From: Octopus vulgaris
Taxonomy: Eukaryota
NCBI GenBank assembly: GCA_951406725.2
Contig: OX597820.1
Span: 66,526,001-66,590,000 of the forward strand
Length of the DNA: 64,000 bases
Reading direction: 5' to 3'
Under the pieces are notes generated by a model. That model saw only the letters and a list, made by a program, of their open reading frames with translations, did not search any database and was not told the origin of the DNA. Position 1 is the first letter of the stretch, and every line of letters begins with the position of its first letter. The position numbers and the translations under genes are program-made. Of this stretch, positions 25,876 through 39,168 are shown one piece after another.

Positions 25876-26180
25876 TCCTCCTCTCTCACCTCATACAAAT
25901 ACTGTTTCTTTCTTTTATGCCTTTTTTTTTCTCTCTCTCTCTCTTGGTCTTTATGGAAAAATGAGTGAGAGGCAGAGGCAGAGGCAGAGGAAAGGTTGAG
26001 GTAGAATTACAGAGAGGGAGGGAGAGAGTGATATTGAGCTAAATAGGTGTGAAAGAGAGAGGGTTACATCTGTACTTTAATCTATGTATGCTTTTTTATG
26101 CATGTGTACCTGTGCATAAATACGTTATATTGTGTTCCCTGTGTGTGTATGAATGACTTCGTTCATGTATATATATATCA

Positions 26181-26590
26181 GGGGTGGCTGTGTGGTAAGT
26201 AGCTTGCTAACCAACCACATGGTTCCGGGTTCAGTCCCACTGCGTGGCATCTTGGGCAAGTGTCTTCTGCTATAGCCCCGGGCCGACCAATGCCTTGTGA
26301 GTGGATTTGGTAGACGGAAACTGAAAGAAGCCTGTCGTATATATGTATATATATATGTATGTGTGTGTGAATATGTTTGTGTGTCTGTGTTTGTTCCCCT
26401 AGCATTGCTTGACAACCGATGCTGGTGTGTTTACGTCCCCGTCACTTAGCGGTTCGGCAAAAAAGAGACCGATAGAATAAGTACTGGGCTTACAAAAAGA
26501 ATGAGTCCCGGGGTCGAGTTGCTCGACTAAAAGGCGGTGCTCCAGCATGGCCGCAGTCAAAATGACTGAAACAAGTAAAAGAAAAAAGAA
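26181..26590 (+). mobile_element. SINE family A, near full length and little diverged
   Basis: gtggctgtgtggtaagtagcttgctaaccaaccacatggttccgggttcagtcccactgcgtggcatcttgggcaagtg...gcatggccgcagtcaaaatgactgaaacaagtaaaag; CpGs retained. Confidence 0.9.
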
Positions 26591-27149
26591 AGAAAGAAAT
26601 ATGTATGTGAACAAGTGCATAAGTATAATTGTGTGTATGTATATGTGTGTGTGTGTGTGTGTGAATGTGCATGTGAATATGTGAATTTATGTGCGAAATA
26701 GAGAGACAGACAGATACATACATACATAGAATGATAGATAGATACATAGATAGATAGAATGATAGATAGATAGATGCATGCATACATACATACATAACAC
26801 GTAATAAGTTGAGAAAGAGCGAGGTGAGAATTGAAGGAGGTTGAGGAGGAGGGGAGAAAAAGGAAAATAAATATTAGAAGTATGTAAATAAATAAATAAA
26901 TCCAGAAATGTCAGAAGTACTCAGTCGCCTCTTCTGGCTTAACAAATAACTTCGCTGGTCTTTTTTTTTTTATATTAGTTTTTATAAATTTTTTGTTTCT
27001 TGAAAAAAAAACCTGTCATATTACTTTTGCTTGTTCTACCCCCACCCCACCCCCGCTCCTCCTTCCTGATACTTGTACTCACCTTGCTTTCATTAAGGGC
27101 TTTTCACGTATGTAACAAGGAGGAAAGAAAGACTTAAAGTAAATAACAA

Positions 27150-27745
27150 CAGTAATAATAATAATAATAACAATCTTTTCTAGTGGAGGCACAAGGCCTC
27201 AAATTTGTAGGGAAGGAACTTGTCGATTTCATTGACTGACCCCAGTGTTTCCTTAATTTATCGACCCCGAAATGATGAAAGGCAAAGTCGACCCCGGCGG
27301 AATTTGAACTCAAAACGTAGCTAAGCATTTTGCCCGGCGTGCTAACGATTCCACCAGCTCGCCGCCTTAATAATGATAATAGTAATAATAATAATAAACC
27401 TTTCTACTAAAGGCACAAGGCCTGAGATTTTTTTGGTGGGAACTCAACCTAAGGACGGACGAAATGCCGCGAAGCATTTTGCCCGACGTGAGGCACAAGG
27501 GCTGATATTAGAGGGAAGGGAATAGTCGATTATATCGACCCCAGTGTTTCACTGGTACTTAATTTATCGACCCCGAAAGGATGAAAAGCAATGTGGACTT
27601 CGGCGGAATTTTTTAACTCAGAACGTAAAGTCGGACGAAATGCTGAATGGATGAAAGTCAAAATTGACCTCGGCAGGATTTGAACATGAAACGTAAAGAA
27701 CAGAATGAAGTGCAGCTCAGCGTTTTATCTGGCGTGCTAATGATT
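27150..27745 (-). mobile_element. Cluster of Nin/Deu-like SINE copies and fragments separated by (AAT)n
   Basis: Repeated ttaatttatcgaccccgaaaggatgaaaggcaaagtcgac...ggcggaatttgaactc; head ends ccagctcgccgcctt at ~27368. Confidence 0.8.
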
Positions 27746-27841
27746 CTACCAAGCTCGCTTTGGCAGTCATTTCAAGGGGAGAACTAAGTCGATAATTTTA
27801 ACCCCACGATAATGTTTAAACCCTACAAAGGACAAAACCGA

Positions 27842-28090
27842 GGATCTTTTCCTTTTGATAGACAGAATTCAACACAATTTCTAGTTAACTAAACAATTTG
27901 AAACTTCGTATACTGGTAGAATGTGTCAAAAGAAAACATTATTTTCACTTGGCTTTTTTGATAAATTTGTAATTCGTTTGTTTAACGTAGTTTAATTTTT
28001 CGAATTTTAACCAATCGTATGCCTTTGAGCTGAAATCATTTGCTGCGTTAGAAATTGTGTTGAATTCTGTCTATCAAAAGGAAAAGATCC
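27842..28090. mobile_element. Mutator-like MITE, 42-bp perfect TIRs, 9-bp TSD
   Basis: GGATCTTTTCCTTTTGATAGACAGAATTCAACACAATTTCTA with its exact reverse complement ending at 28090; flanks caaaaccga (27833-27841) and caaaagcga (28091-28099). Confidence 0.9.
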
Positions 28091-30533
28091 CAAAAGCGAT
28101 CATTCTAGAATTTGAACTCGGAATTATATGAGTCAGTAAAAATACTGCTAAGTATTTTTTGTCCGACGATAAATAATTCTAAACAATAGATAGTTCAGTA
28201 CAAAAAAATGTAGAGTTCAATTAACTTCCTTCAAATGGTGGATTAACTATGCGTGATATTACGACTGTTAGTTTCACCACTGGATTAGATCATAGCGTAA
28301 TGGACGTCAATCCACCTCCACTCTAGGGGTGTAGAGTAACTGAGAAGAATGTTCTTCGTTTCTAGTAATCTTTAATTTATCCTCGATGCGCTTATATTTA
28401 TGTTTCCATGTATTTTAAACAAAAAATTGAAACAGCTTAAAAGTTATGTTTATGAACATGCAGTCTCCTCTTTCCTAGATGCAATTCGTGATTAATCGTA
28501 TATAGGAACGGTTCGTGTGTATGTATATATATATATATATATGTCTATGTATATAAATCCAGTTTAAGAGTACATTCAACCTCTTTTCTGTTCAATATCA
28601 TTTCAGTATTGTAAACTAACTTTAAATGATTAATTTCAAATGAAAATAAAGGATAGGCACTTGAATAACAAAGAAATTATCGCGTGTGTGAGTGAGTGAG
28701 TATATGAAATATAAATACTTGTGTATATATTTATTTATATATGTATATGTATGTACGTACGTACTTTATACATGCATAAGTATGTACGTACATATCTATG
28801 TATGCATATATGTAAGCAAGTTTGTTGATGGCGTTTGGATCATTTTTGAATATTTCTAACCATTCATTCTATTGCCTTGCTACCTTTGACCCTCGTTATG
28901 AACCTGGCAAAAATCAACATGAACGCAAGAAATTGTTTTCTCTCATAAATATTTCCTTAATTTATTTGTGTGTATGTATATATATATATATATGCAGAAG
29001 AGTATATATGTAAATGGGCGCACTCACATATGTGCTTTCAGAAACATATCCATGTATGTGTGTGTATGTATGTGCATATATATGTAAATCTGTATGTATG
29101 CTTGTATTATGAAATTTGTGTGAAAAGGTTTGTGTCTCTCTCTCTATATATATATGTGTGTGTTTGTGTGTGTCTCAATATATGAGAATGTGTACATATA
29201 TACACGTATATACGCATACATGCTCATCTACAAGTCTTTATGTCTTTATACGTATTATAATATACACAGTTGAATTTGTATTTAAATGCACAGATATCCA
29301 TACATATATGTAAAATAGATATACACACACACAAACATCGCCCTCTCTCTCTCTGTAACAAGCTATTAAGTTGTCTTTCCTCGCCCTTAAAAGTACCTCA
29401 TCTATTCTTATCCATCACTTTCTCCCCTTCAGTCACCCCCCTCCCTCCTCCCACCTCCATCGCTCATAAAACTCTTCAATTCTAACGGCTTCATTACATT
29501 TCCTAGTCTTGCTTGATCCTGGCTCCAGCGATTATCAGGATTTTTATTACAACTGCAGTTGCATTATGGCTGCAAATTAACTGCACTTGTTCATTCTAAC
29601 CGCTATATTGGCAACATGCTGGGCACGGGGTCAGCAGTCAGGAGTGAAAGGTCACTTAGATAGGGTTTCATAGATTAAGATTTTTGCCAAATATGGTGCA
29701 ATCAGTGTGTGCTTGTGCACATATATGTGTATGTTTGTATTCGTGTTTGTGTGTGTGTGTGCGTGCGCAAATAATATTGTGTAGAAGTATACGTATAGAA
29801 ATATGTAGATTGATGTATTTTGCTACTGAAGGAGGAGGAGGAGGAAGGGTGGTGGTGGTGGTGGTGGTCGTCGTCGTCGTAGTGATGGTGGTGGGCTTCG
29901 GCTCTAGACCACTCTTTGGTTGAATATTCATGATCAGAGACCTTCTGCTCGTGGCCGTTCCATCTTTTTTTGTACATCTAGGACTGTATTGGCCGATGTG
30001 TCTGTCTATCCTTCCGTTTTTGTTTTTGTTTTGTTTTTTTAATGATAGAATATAATTTGAGTGAGTTTGGGCTGCTATTTCCAACAAACTAAGGCGACTG
30101 TGTGTGTGAATCCCTCCCCCCACCTTGGCTCGATGCTTTCTCGTGATCGCGTGAAGTAAATTATCTACAAGTATGTCTAACAATGTGTGCACATTGCGTG
30201 TACGTCTGAATATACGGGTGTGTATGCATGTATGGTTTTGTAGGTATATCTTGTTATGTGCGTGTTTCTATGTGTCTACCTTGGAATAAATGCGTTATGA
30301 GAGAAGAGAAAGCTTGCATTTTGTGCGCAGGTATTGAGTGTGTATATACATAAATATGTTTGCGTAGCTGAAAAAAAGTCTTTAACAATCCCCTCCTAAT
30401 ATACCAGTCTGTGTGTATAGTTGCATAAATAGAGAGATATGTATAAATAGATAACCATACAGGTTTGTCCATAATTCTGCACATATGCTCTTTTCATGGA
30501 CTCAAACACATACACACTCACACACATTGTTTC

Positions 30534-30569
<36 letters not shown>

Positions 30570-31209
30570 CTTCCTCTCACACATCTCTTTACCTTATCTA
30601 TAAAAACATACACATACTAACATACACACACACACACAGATTATACAAATGTCTCTTTAGCTTGCTCACATGCATACACTCATCTGTCTCTGTCTCTCTC
30701 TTTCTTTCTCTCTGTCTGTCTGTCTCTCTTTGTCTTTCTCTCTGTCTCTCTCTCACACACATACACTATGTCAAACACATGCACTCACACAAGCATACGC
30801 ACACACACACACATTTGCATAATCGCAAACTGCACTCTCAGAGAGTCACTCACGCTTGCACCACCATCTTTTGCTTTCAAACCACACACACACACACACA
30901 CACACACACGCATACATACACACACACACACACATACATACACACACACTTACACACACACACACACACGCACGCACACACACATGCCTACTCGCGTACA
31001 GACGCGCACACATTTTTAACCATACAAGTTGTATTTTGGTTATTGTTTTGTACAGTTGTAGTTTGTGTTTGGTATTTGTGAATGTTATACTTTATTGATC
31101 CTCTTCTTTTGTTTAGAAACCATCTTTAGTCAAGTAGACTCCTCAAGTACTCACTCACCCTTACCTCTTCCTTCTCATCCCGCTCTCAAATTGGAAACCA
31201 ATGATTTAT

Positions 31210-31280
<71 letters not shown>

Positions 31281-32024
31281 TATAAAGCACACATATATAA
31301 TGTATATAGTACACATTCATATGCACGCAACAACACAATTGCGTGTACTTGTGTTTCTGGTTAATTGTGTTTTTGTATGTGATAAATATATGTGTATGTA
31401 TATATATATTACATACATACATATACATTTACGTGTGTGGTTTATTGTTCAACATATATATATATATGTATATATATATATATCTGCCTCTGGCTCCCTA
31501 TATCGGTGTGGTGCTGCCTCTAGCTTCATCTATCTATCTCTATCTATCTATCTATCTATCTATCTACACACATATTTGTGCGTGTACATAAAATGTGTGT
31601 GAGTGTATATATATATGTATATATATATATATAGATATATACGCCTTGTGAAGTGGTTCAGTGATTCAGTTATTGACCTCTTTACTTGTAGAACAAAACA
31701 ACTGTACTGTCTTTGGCAGTCAATAAAAATTTATTTGTTTTGTTGCTATTGTGGTTGTTTTTGGTTGCTATTGTTGTGGTTGATAATTTTTCGTGATTTT
31801 TTTCATATTAAATTACATTCTTTTCTTATACTCTGATATACTGTACTGTTAGTTTATTAGCTGTGCACTAATGTAGCCGTGTTAACTGTACTCTGTAGTA
31901 TCGTTGCTTTGTCAATTGTACAGTTATTGTGTTAACTATACACTGTTAAAACAGTTAACTGTACACTACTGCATCGTTCCTTTGTTAACTGTACGTACTA
32001 TATTTGTGCGTTTACTGTTGCTGT

Positions 32025-32362
32025 TGCTGTTGAGCGAACGGTCTTCGTCCCAGAGCTCGCAAGATGGGAGAAGTCCGAAACGTGGTCCTTTGCTATTCGT
32101 AAGACCCGCAGAAGAAAAAGCAAGTCAACCCTTGACACCATCGACGGATGGATGAATGCGCATCCAGGCTCAGGAAGAAAGAATGAGAGAAAGTTGGAGC
32201 GAAAGAGTACAACAGGGGTCGCCACCACCCCCTGCCGGAGCCTCGTGGAGCTTTAGGTGTTTTTCGCTCAATAAACACACACAATGCCCGGTCTGGGAAT
32301 CGAAACCGCGATCCTCTGACCGCGAGTCCGCTGCCCTAACCATTGGGCCATTGCGCCTCCAC
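32025..32362 (-). mobile_element. Young tRNA-derived SINE (distinct family) with 12-bp TSD
   Basis: Minus strand gtggaggcgcaatggcccaatggttagggcagcggactcgcggtcagaggatcgcggtttcgattccc (A and B boxes), caacagca tail; tactgttgctgt at 32013-32024 and 32363-32374. Confidence 0.88.
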
Positions 32363-33025
32363 TACTGTTGCTGTATTCATTGTACACGATTGTATTGTAC
32401 TCTGTTCTGTACTGACTGTGTTAACTGATTACTGTACTCAGTTCTCATTACACCCAACTGTCACTGTGTTTGTTGCCCACTACTTTTGCTATGTGCACTG
32501 TAAACTGCTGTTGCTGTGTTATCTGTACGCCGTACATTTGCACACGATACTGTTGATCTGTTAACTGTACACTATTCTATTACCGCTTACGCTATACAAT
32601 TTCAGTGTTAAATGTACACTGCACTTTACTATATTGCAGAGTTAGTCTGTTGACCAAAACCATCTTAACAGTATTATAAACCCCAGGTCAAATCGATGCT
32701 ATGGGCTCTATAGTATTTATCCATGAATAGTAAGCTATAGCATTGATACATCAGAATTGGTCCCCTAGACATTTGAGGCCGGTTGGCAACTGCCCATTAC
32801 ACTATACTGTGACTATGATGTGTTTATCTTGCAGTACGGATTGATACCTCATAATCTCAATGTAAGAAATGAATCATTAATAAAAGTATTTGTTCTTATT
32901 ATGGCTATGGTTGTCCTTCAAACCCACTGATCGTACAGAGACTTACGATTAAGAGAATCATTTTAGCGTTGATCATCCATTTTATCGTTGGTTAAGGCAC
33001 AATGTGCCGTATTTGATAGTATATA

Positions 33026-33320
33026 TCTCTATCTATCCGCTTAGTCGAAGTCGACTCTCGGTTACTCATTGGATCAGTGTCCTCCAGTCAGTTCTATCCT
33101 GGGCCGCTTCTTTCAGATTGGCTATGTCCATTCCGGTATCACTCTTGATGGTGTCAAGCCAGCGGGTTCTTGGTCGGCCTCTTCCTCTCTTGCCACTGAC
33201 CATTCCGAGCATGATGTCCTTCTCCAGGGATTTTCTCCGCATAATACGACCGAAATATGCCAATCTATGCTTGGTGATCCTAGCTTCTAGCGACATTTTT
33301 GGCCTGATCTGCTTAAGAAC
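33026..33320 (-). mobile_element. 5'-truncated RTE-clade (BovB-like) LINE, ORF C-terminus
   Basis: VLKQIRPKMSLEARITKHRLAYFGRIMRRKSLEKDIMLGMVSGKRGRGRPRTRWLDTI...AQDRTDWRTLIQ*VTESRLRLSG*, a typical RTE C-terminus; perfect TSD tttgatagtatata at 33012-33025 and 33321-33334. Confidence 0.93.
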
Positions 33321-35070
33321 TTTGATAGTATATAAGATGCAATATTATTAAAAAAATCTCAGAAATCACCCCTTGAATATGTGTTGTTGAAATCTTTGTG
33401 CGCCTGATGTGTTGGCGGTCTTTTATGCCATCAAATATGGTTTCTAAGATTCTCTCTGTTTCTCATGTATTATATCTCTCTCTCTTCAAGATGGCGCGTG
33501 CGATATGAGGGAGATTTTGTTGCTATTTCTAGTTGGTCGAATAGTCATGTTGAGGTTACTCTGTGATGGAAATTATAGCATAAAATGTTGCGTAGTGCGG
33601 TGTTGTTGAAGTGTGTGGTGTTATACTATATGGAGTGTTAGGGGTAGGTGTAGTGTGTTGTGGTTTTGTGTGATGTGATATGGTGTGATAAAAGTGCAGT
33701 GAAGAGCAGAACGGCGTTGTGTTGTGCTAGTAAGTGTTGGCTAGTTGCAGTATTGTGTGAAATGGTGTGGTGAGACCCGGGTTCGAGTGAATGACAAAAA
33801 ATTGAGTCAGTTCAATTAATAACTGAAATAATTGTAACTGACCTGTGAGAGAAAGTGTGATTGCAAGAGATGTAGTGAACGAGAGACAAAGACGGTGTGA
33901 GAGACTAAGGAGTAAGTGAGAGACTGAAGAGACAGACTGAGTGAGTAAGAGTGAAAAAAGGATAGACAGGTAGACAGAGATAGAGAGAATGTCGACAGTT
34001 TAAAAATGTACTAAGCGTTTTCTGTGAATCCATCTTTCCCTCGGGCATCAGAGGAAAGCAGACGTAATGTAGTTATAATAATAAAAGTAATAACATTAAA
34101 AACAATGCTAATAACGGTCAGTAATGAATACGAATAAGGAACGATGAAGGAAAAATGAATTAAAATGACAACTCTGGTGGCACTATGAAAGACATTTGTT
34201 TTGTTTTTTTGTCGTTTTTTTTTATTACTATTTTTCGTTGATTTTTTTTACTTCTTTTGTTCTTTTATTCATTAATAATCTTTCAGGTTATTTCGAAATA
34301 GTTGTTTGGATGTCATTTGACTTTTAATATATTTCATTCAGGCTTCACTCATTACAAGTTGTCGTTTAACCCCGAAGTTTGAAATTCTCTTAAAAATATC
34401 TAAACAAGCAACAAGCTAAATAAATAAATAAATAAATAAATGCACAAATAAATAAATGAATTAAAAATTGGGAAACAAAAAAATATATATAAAGACAAAT
34501 AAAATTAAGATTTTTTTGTTAATGTTTATTAATGAAAGAATTAATTTTTGCTTTTGTTTTTTTTTTGTTTTTTTTTTTGTTATTGTTATTGGAGTGATTT
34601 TTTTCCCCCCTGCTTTTATAAATTATTATTATCATTGTTGTTATTGTTGTTATTTTATTCATGTTTCCATTGGCAATTACCAGATTAAAATATTTGTTTG
34701 AGACAAAAGGGATTTATAAACAACAATAAATTGATGAAATGTAATTGAGTTGGTGGTGTGCGTTCCATTTTCAGTTTTGATATTTAAATTTAAAAAAAAA
34801 AAAACAACAACAAATAACAATAGATAAAAAAAAACACAAATATGAAAAAAAAAAAAAAAGTGGCGGGGACCAAATAAATAAATAAGAAGAAGAAATAAGA
34901 AAGGTTCAAATAATATTTAAACAATTTTGAATAATATTTTTAAAACTGCAAATAATAATCATTTAAAAACGTACACAAGCACGCACACAAATATTTTCAT
35001 TGAATATATATATATATAATATATATATATATGACAGTATTTAACTGCCCCCAAACGCGGTAAAAATCAA

Positions 35071-35109
<39 letters not shown>

Positions 35110-35314
35110 GGAAGTGGATATGAGATATAACATGACAATTAATTCGGAATTGGTTACATCACGGAAGCAAATAAATCTATTGTTTTAATACTAAATCTTT
35201 TATGGTGAGAATTTCTTTCGCCATTGACGTCATCTCCACCATTATCATCACCATCACCACTGCCACCATTATCAACGATAGTGACGATCCATTAACGATG
35301 AAAGAGTTTCTATG

Positions 35315-35362
35315 CCAGTCATGGGCGAACTGTGGCCCGCGGGACTTTTCTGAATGGCACAC
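35315..35362 (+). mobile_element. hAT-like terminal fragment
   Basis: ccagtcatgggcgaactgtggcccgcggg resembles hAT-Charlie TIR/subterminal sequence (CAGNNNTGGGCAAACTACGGCCCGCGGG). Confidence 0.4.
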
Positions 35363-35990
35363 ACACCTAACGAAAAATTACTTTGATGATGGGGTATGGG
35401 CAAGACTACCACCTGTTCCCCCACCCCCCCAAAATACCCCCTTTTTCTTTCTTTATTTCTTCGCCTTTTTTTTTTTACACAAACCCCCCATTTTCCAAAG
35501 CTTTCCCGTATGGGCAAGACTTCCGCCCGTCCCCCACAAATACCCCCTTTTTGGACAGAGGTCTTTCAGAGGTATGTCTTATGCAGCCCGCTTTTCGAGA
35601 AAGATTGGCTAGGCCCTACTCTCTGCAGTAGTTTGACATCCTGGAAATAGTAACTAAGACTTCCTTCAAATCAGACTCTGCAGTCTTAACAACATCATAC
35701 TGCAATTCCTGAAGAAAAGGTGAGAGGTTACGGTTGGCTCGAATACCTTGACTATAAAAGTCTGTTCGATCAGGTCTTACCTGGGGCTAAACAACAATGA
35801 GAATAAGAAAGACATTCTTCAAAGCCATGAGATCACCCGTTTGCATTTATTTGAATTTTGGTTTTGCAAGATGGAACCTTCGTGTACGTGTTCGTTGGAA
35901 ATGCTAGAAATAGCAACCAAGTCGCCCTCAAACAACGCCTTACAGTCTTAGAAAAGGAAACATTTTGAAGGATATAGTCTTAGATAGTCC

Positions 35991-36311
35991 AACATCTTTT
36001 TCTCTTGGCTTTATTGAGAAAATTCTATAGTTTGTAAGATATTTGTTGTTTTTTCTTCTTCAATTTCTGCAATTTCAACCAATCAATGACGTCTATTGAG
36101 GTAAAAAAAAAAAGACATTCTATGAATATGTCCCTCGTTTAAGAAACAGATTGGGTTTATTTACATTTCTGAAGAAAAAAGATACCCTTCCTCCCACTCC
36201 TAACCCTAAAATAGATTGAAATGCAATAGATCGATACTAGGGTCATAATTATGGGTGACAATTTCATATGACACCGCTAGAAAAAAACTGCCGTTCAAAC
36301 CGAAAAGACCC
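35991..36311 (+). mobile_element. Truncated MITE related to the 27842 element (GGATCTTTTC termini)
   Basis: Ends aactgccgttcaaaccgaaaagaccc; interior is the reverse complement of ~40309-40535. Confidence 0.75.
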
Positions 36312-37146
36312 GGGAGCACTTTTGGGTCTACTGTATAAGCGTGTATAAGAAGCGGTGGCAGAGAACTCGAGCTACATTGAGCGGTACACCACTGCCTGGG
36401 GTTAAGCAACGACGAGAATAAAGCCCCTGCTCTCTCAAAGCAAAAAAACGGATACTTTGTAATAATGTATTCCAAGATAAACTACGTCTGTATAAAAGAC
36501 GGGATAGTAATGGAATGACCACGGCCTTGGGCTGAACGACAACGACGCTAATGGCCCTACCATTAGAAAAAGATGGGAAGGAAGTTGATACTTTGGGTAA
36601 TGTAGTCGAAGATAAACTGCATCTGAATAAAAGACGGAATAGCCATGGCTTAGATTCAATACCTTAGATCGTAGTTTTGATCTAAATGGCAACATTATCA
36701 AGATGATTGATATGTGATCCGATCAATTTGTGCTTTTTAAAAAGCAAAATTATTGTTTCGGTTAGCGTGCGTGCCTTTAAAGGTTTTTAGTTAATCAAGG
36801 TTTTATTTTTGTTATATTTATGTTGATCATATCAAGCCTAAAGTATTGCCACCGGGGTATTTAATATTATCAATCTCTATTCATCGAATAGCTATGTTAC
36901 GAATTCTGAGACAAGACCATTTAAAAACAAAACAAAACGTTTTAATAAAGTCGGTGTTTTGAACAATAACTAAATTGCGCGCGCAAGAACTCACGCGTTC
37001 AGTTTGATATGAGCCGTTGCACGACACTTTAGAACTCTGAGACACTTCTGAAGCTATTTACAGCTGTTGTGATATATGAATATTATATATATTCTGTCTT
37101 ACGTATTTTGCTATATCTCCTTTTCGAAAAACCAAACGTATGTGTG

Positions 37147-37185
<39 letters not shown>

Positions 37186-37189
37186 ATGT

Positions 37190-37415
37190 GTGTGTTTTTG
37201 AGCCTGTGTTTGTCTCCCCAACATCGCTTGACAACCGATGCTGGTGTGTTTACGTCCCCGTAACTTACCGGTTCGGCAAAAAGAGACCGATGCAATAAGT
37301 ACTAAGCTTACAAAGAATAAGTCCTGGAATCAGTTTCTTCGACTAAAAACCCTTTAAGGCGGTGCTCCAGCACGGCCGCAATCAAACGGCTGAAGCATAT
37401 AAAATAAAATAAAAG
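37190..37415 (+). mobile_element. SINE family A 3' half
   Basis: tgtgtttgtctccccaacatcgcttgacaaccgatgctggtgtgtttacgtccccgtaactta...ggcggtgctccagcacggccgca. Confidence 0.8.
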
Positions 37416-38613
37416 AATATGTATATACGTGTGTCTGTTTGTGTGTGTGTGTGTGTGCGTGCGAATGTCATTTCATCTCGCGTTTGGGGAGGGGGGGTTG
37501 TCTGTCTCATTCATTGTTTTACCTCTCAAATTCCATAAAAGAAACCCGTTTCTCTCCTCGAACCTTTCTTCCTTTTGTTTCTCACGGACCTTTATATTAC
37601 TTATTTATTTAATCTATTTTCTTCCATTTTTATTTTTGTTGTTCGGTTCTTTTTCGCTAAATAGTTTTCCCTGATTTGTATTGTTTGTACATTATTTCTC
37701 CTTGTTCATAAATAACTTTCTTCTTTTCTCATCGCAATATCTATAACAGAAACGATCTTAATTGAATTACAAAGAGAAAAAAGAGGGGAAGATCAGGGGA
37801 GGCTGGAATAGAAGTTCTTTTGACTGTCGGTCTCATTTACCTGAGGAATTTCAATCGCTTCTACAGTTGACAGAACGGGATAAAGTTTTGAGAGCACCAC
37901 GGCTCTGTGAAACACTTTCGCACTTCTGTGAATCTGCTTTCACAATTGTATTCACCATCACTCCCTTGTTTCTCTTTCTCTATCGTTTTCATCATGAAAA
38001 ATGTTTGTGTGTGGGTGTGTGTATTATACATTATTGTGTGTAGTGATTTTTCAACAAAGAGTAAGCAATTAGTTTTCAGTGGAGTTTGATGATGAAAAAC
38101 TGTAGTCAGCGTATGTGTGTGTGTATTTCTGTATACATTCATATCTTTGCTATTATGCAAAAGTGTCGTAAGTCCAAAACGTTGCTTTTTCAGTAAAAGG
38201 AAAAAAATACTTTCACCATTCCATAGCAAAACCGTTGTACAAACACTTCGACAATTTTTGGTAGCTTGGCATCTGAAGTAGCTGGAGATACGATAGTTTG
38301 GCCAAGAGAACCGGCTATTGCAAGCAAAAACAAATAGTGGGAAAAACGCATTTGGCCAAATTTGGACATACGATAGTTTAACATAATACCAATGATATAT
38401 ATGTAAACACCTACAAATGTGCATATATGGTTATATGCACACATATGCCCACATATGTAGGTATGTATACTCGCACACAAATGCATACATGTATCTATAT
38501 ATGGATATACATATATGTATTTCGTGTGTGTATAACAGATTATATATATATCATGATAGATCGTTAGCTCCTACACGCATTTTTTTCTCTCCTTGTTTTT
38601 TTTTATCTGTGTA

Positions 38614-38651
38614 TCTTTCTGTCGAAGAGCGTAGGCTCGAAACGTAAAAGA
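38614..38651 (+). ncRNA. Minimal type I hammerhead-like fold with non-canonical core, in a probable Penelope-like terminal repeat (~38545-38750)
   Basis: TCTTT-CTGTCGAA-GAGC(GTAG)GCTC-GAAA-CG-TA-AAAGA: 5-bp stem I, 4-bp stem II, GAAA, palindromic ACGT, GUA site. The core deviates from CUGANGA. Confidence 0.4.
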
Positions 38652-39025
38652 CGTTTTCTATTTCTATTCCTGAGCGCTATACTAATACATTTGTTTGTTT
38701 GTACTCCACCTGCCTTCGTCTTTTGTTTACTTTCGTAAACTTTCCCGTTATATATATATATATATATATACATGCATATTTACACACACAAATCGATTTA
38801 TAGGTATTCACACGCACACACATACTAATGTGTAGATGTATGTGCATTTATATATACATACACACAAATAAATGGACGTACATGTAGATTGATAGACAGA
38901 GATACGAACAGATATAGTCCTTATGTGAATATATATATATATAATAATAAAAAATAACAGGAACCAAGAGGTGGAACGAAACGACGAATCGGAACGAACC
39001 TGATGCGGGGCGCTGTCAGACAATA

Positions 39026-39168
39026 AGGTGGTAAATAAAAATATATGCATACATACAAACATATACGTACGTACCTACATCTACATGTATATATACATGC
39101 ATATATATACATGTAGATGTAGGTACGTACGTATATGTTTGTATGTATGTATATATTTTTATTTATCA

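Noticed and set aside
32285-32362. tRNA gene
   Set aside because: A and B boxes are present but the acceptor stem is not convincing, and the sequence continues into a SINE body with tail and TSD.
37890-37908. RE1/REST-like AGCACCACGG
   Set aside because: Only a partial match, the right half-site is absent, and REST is not established in molluscs.
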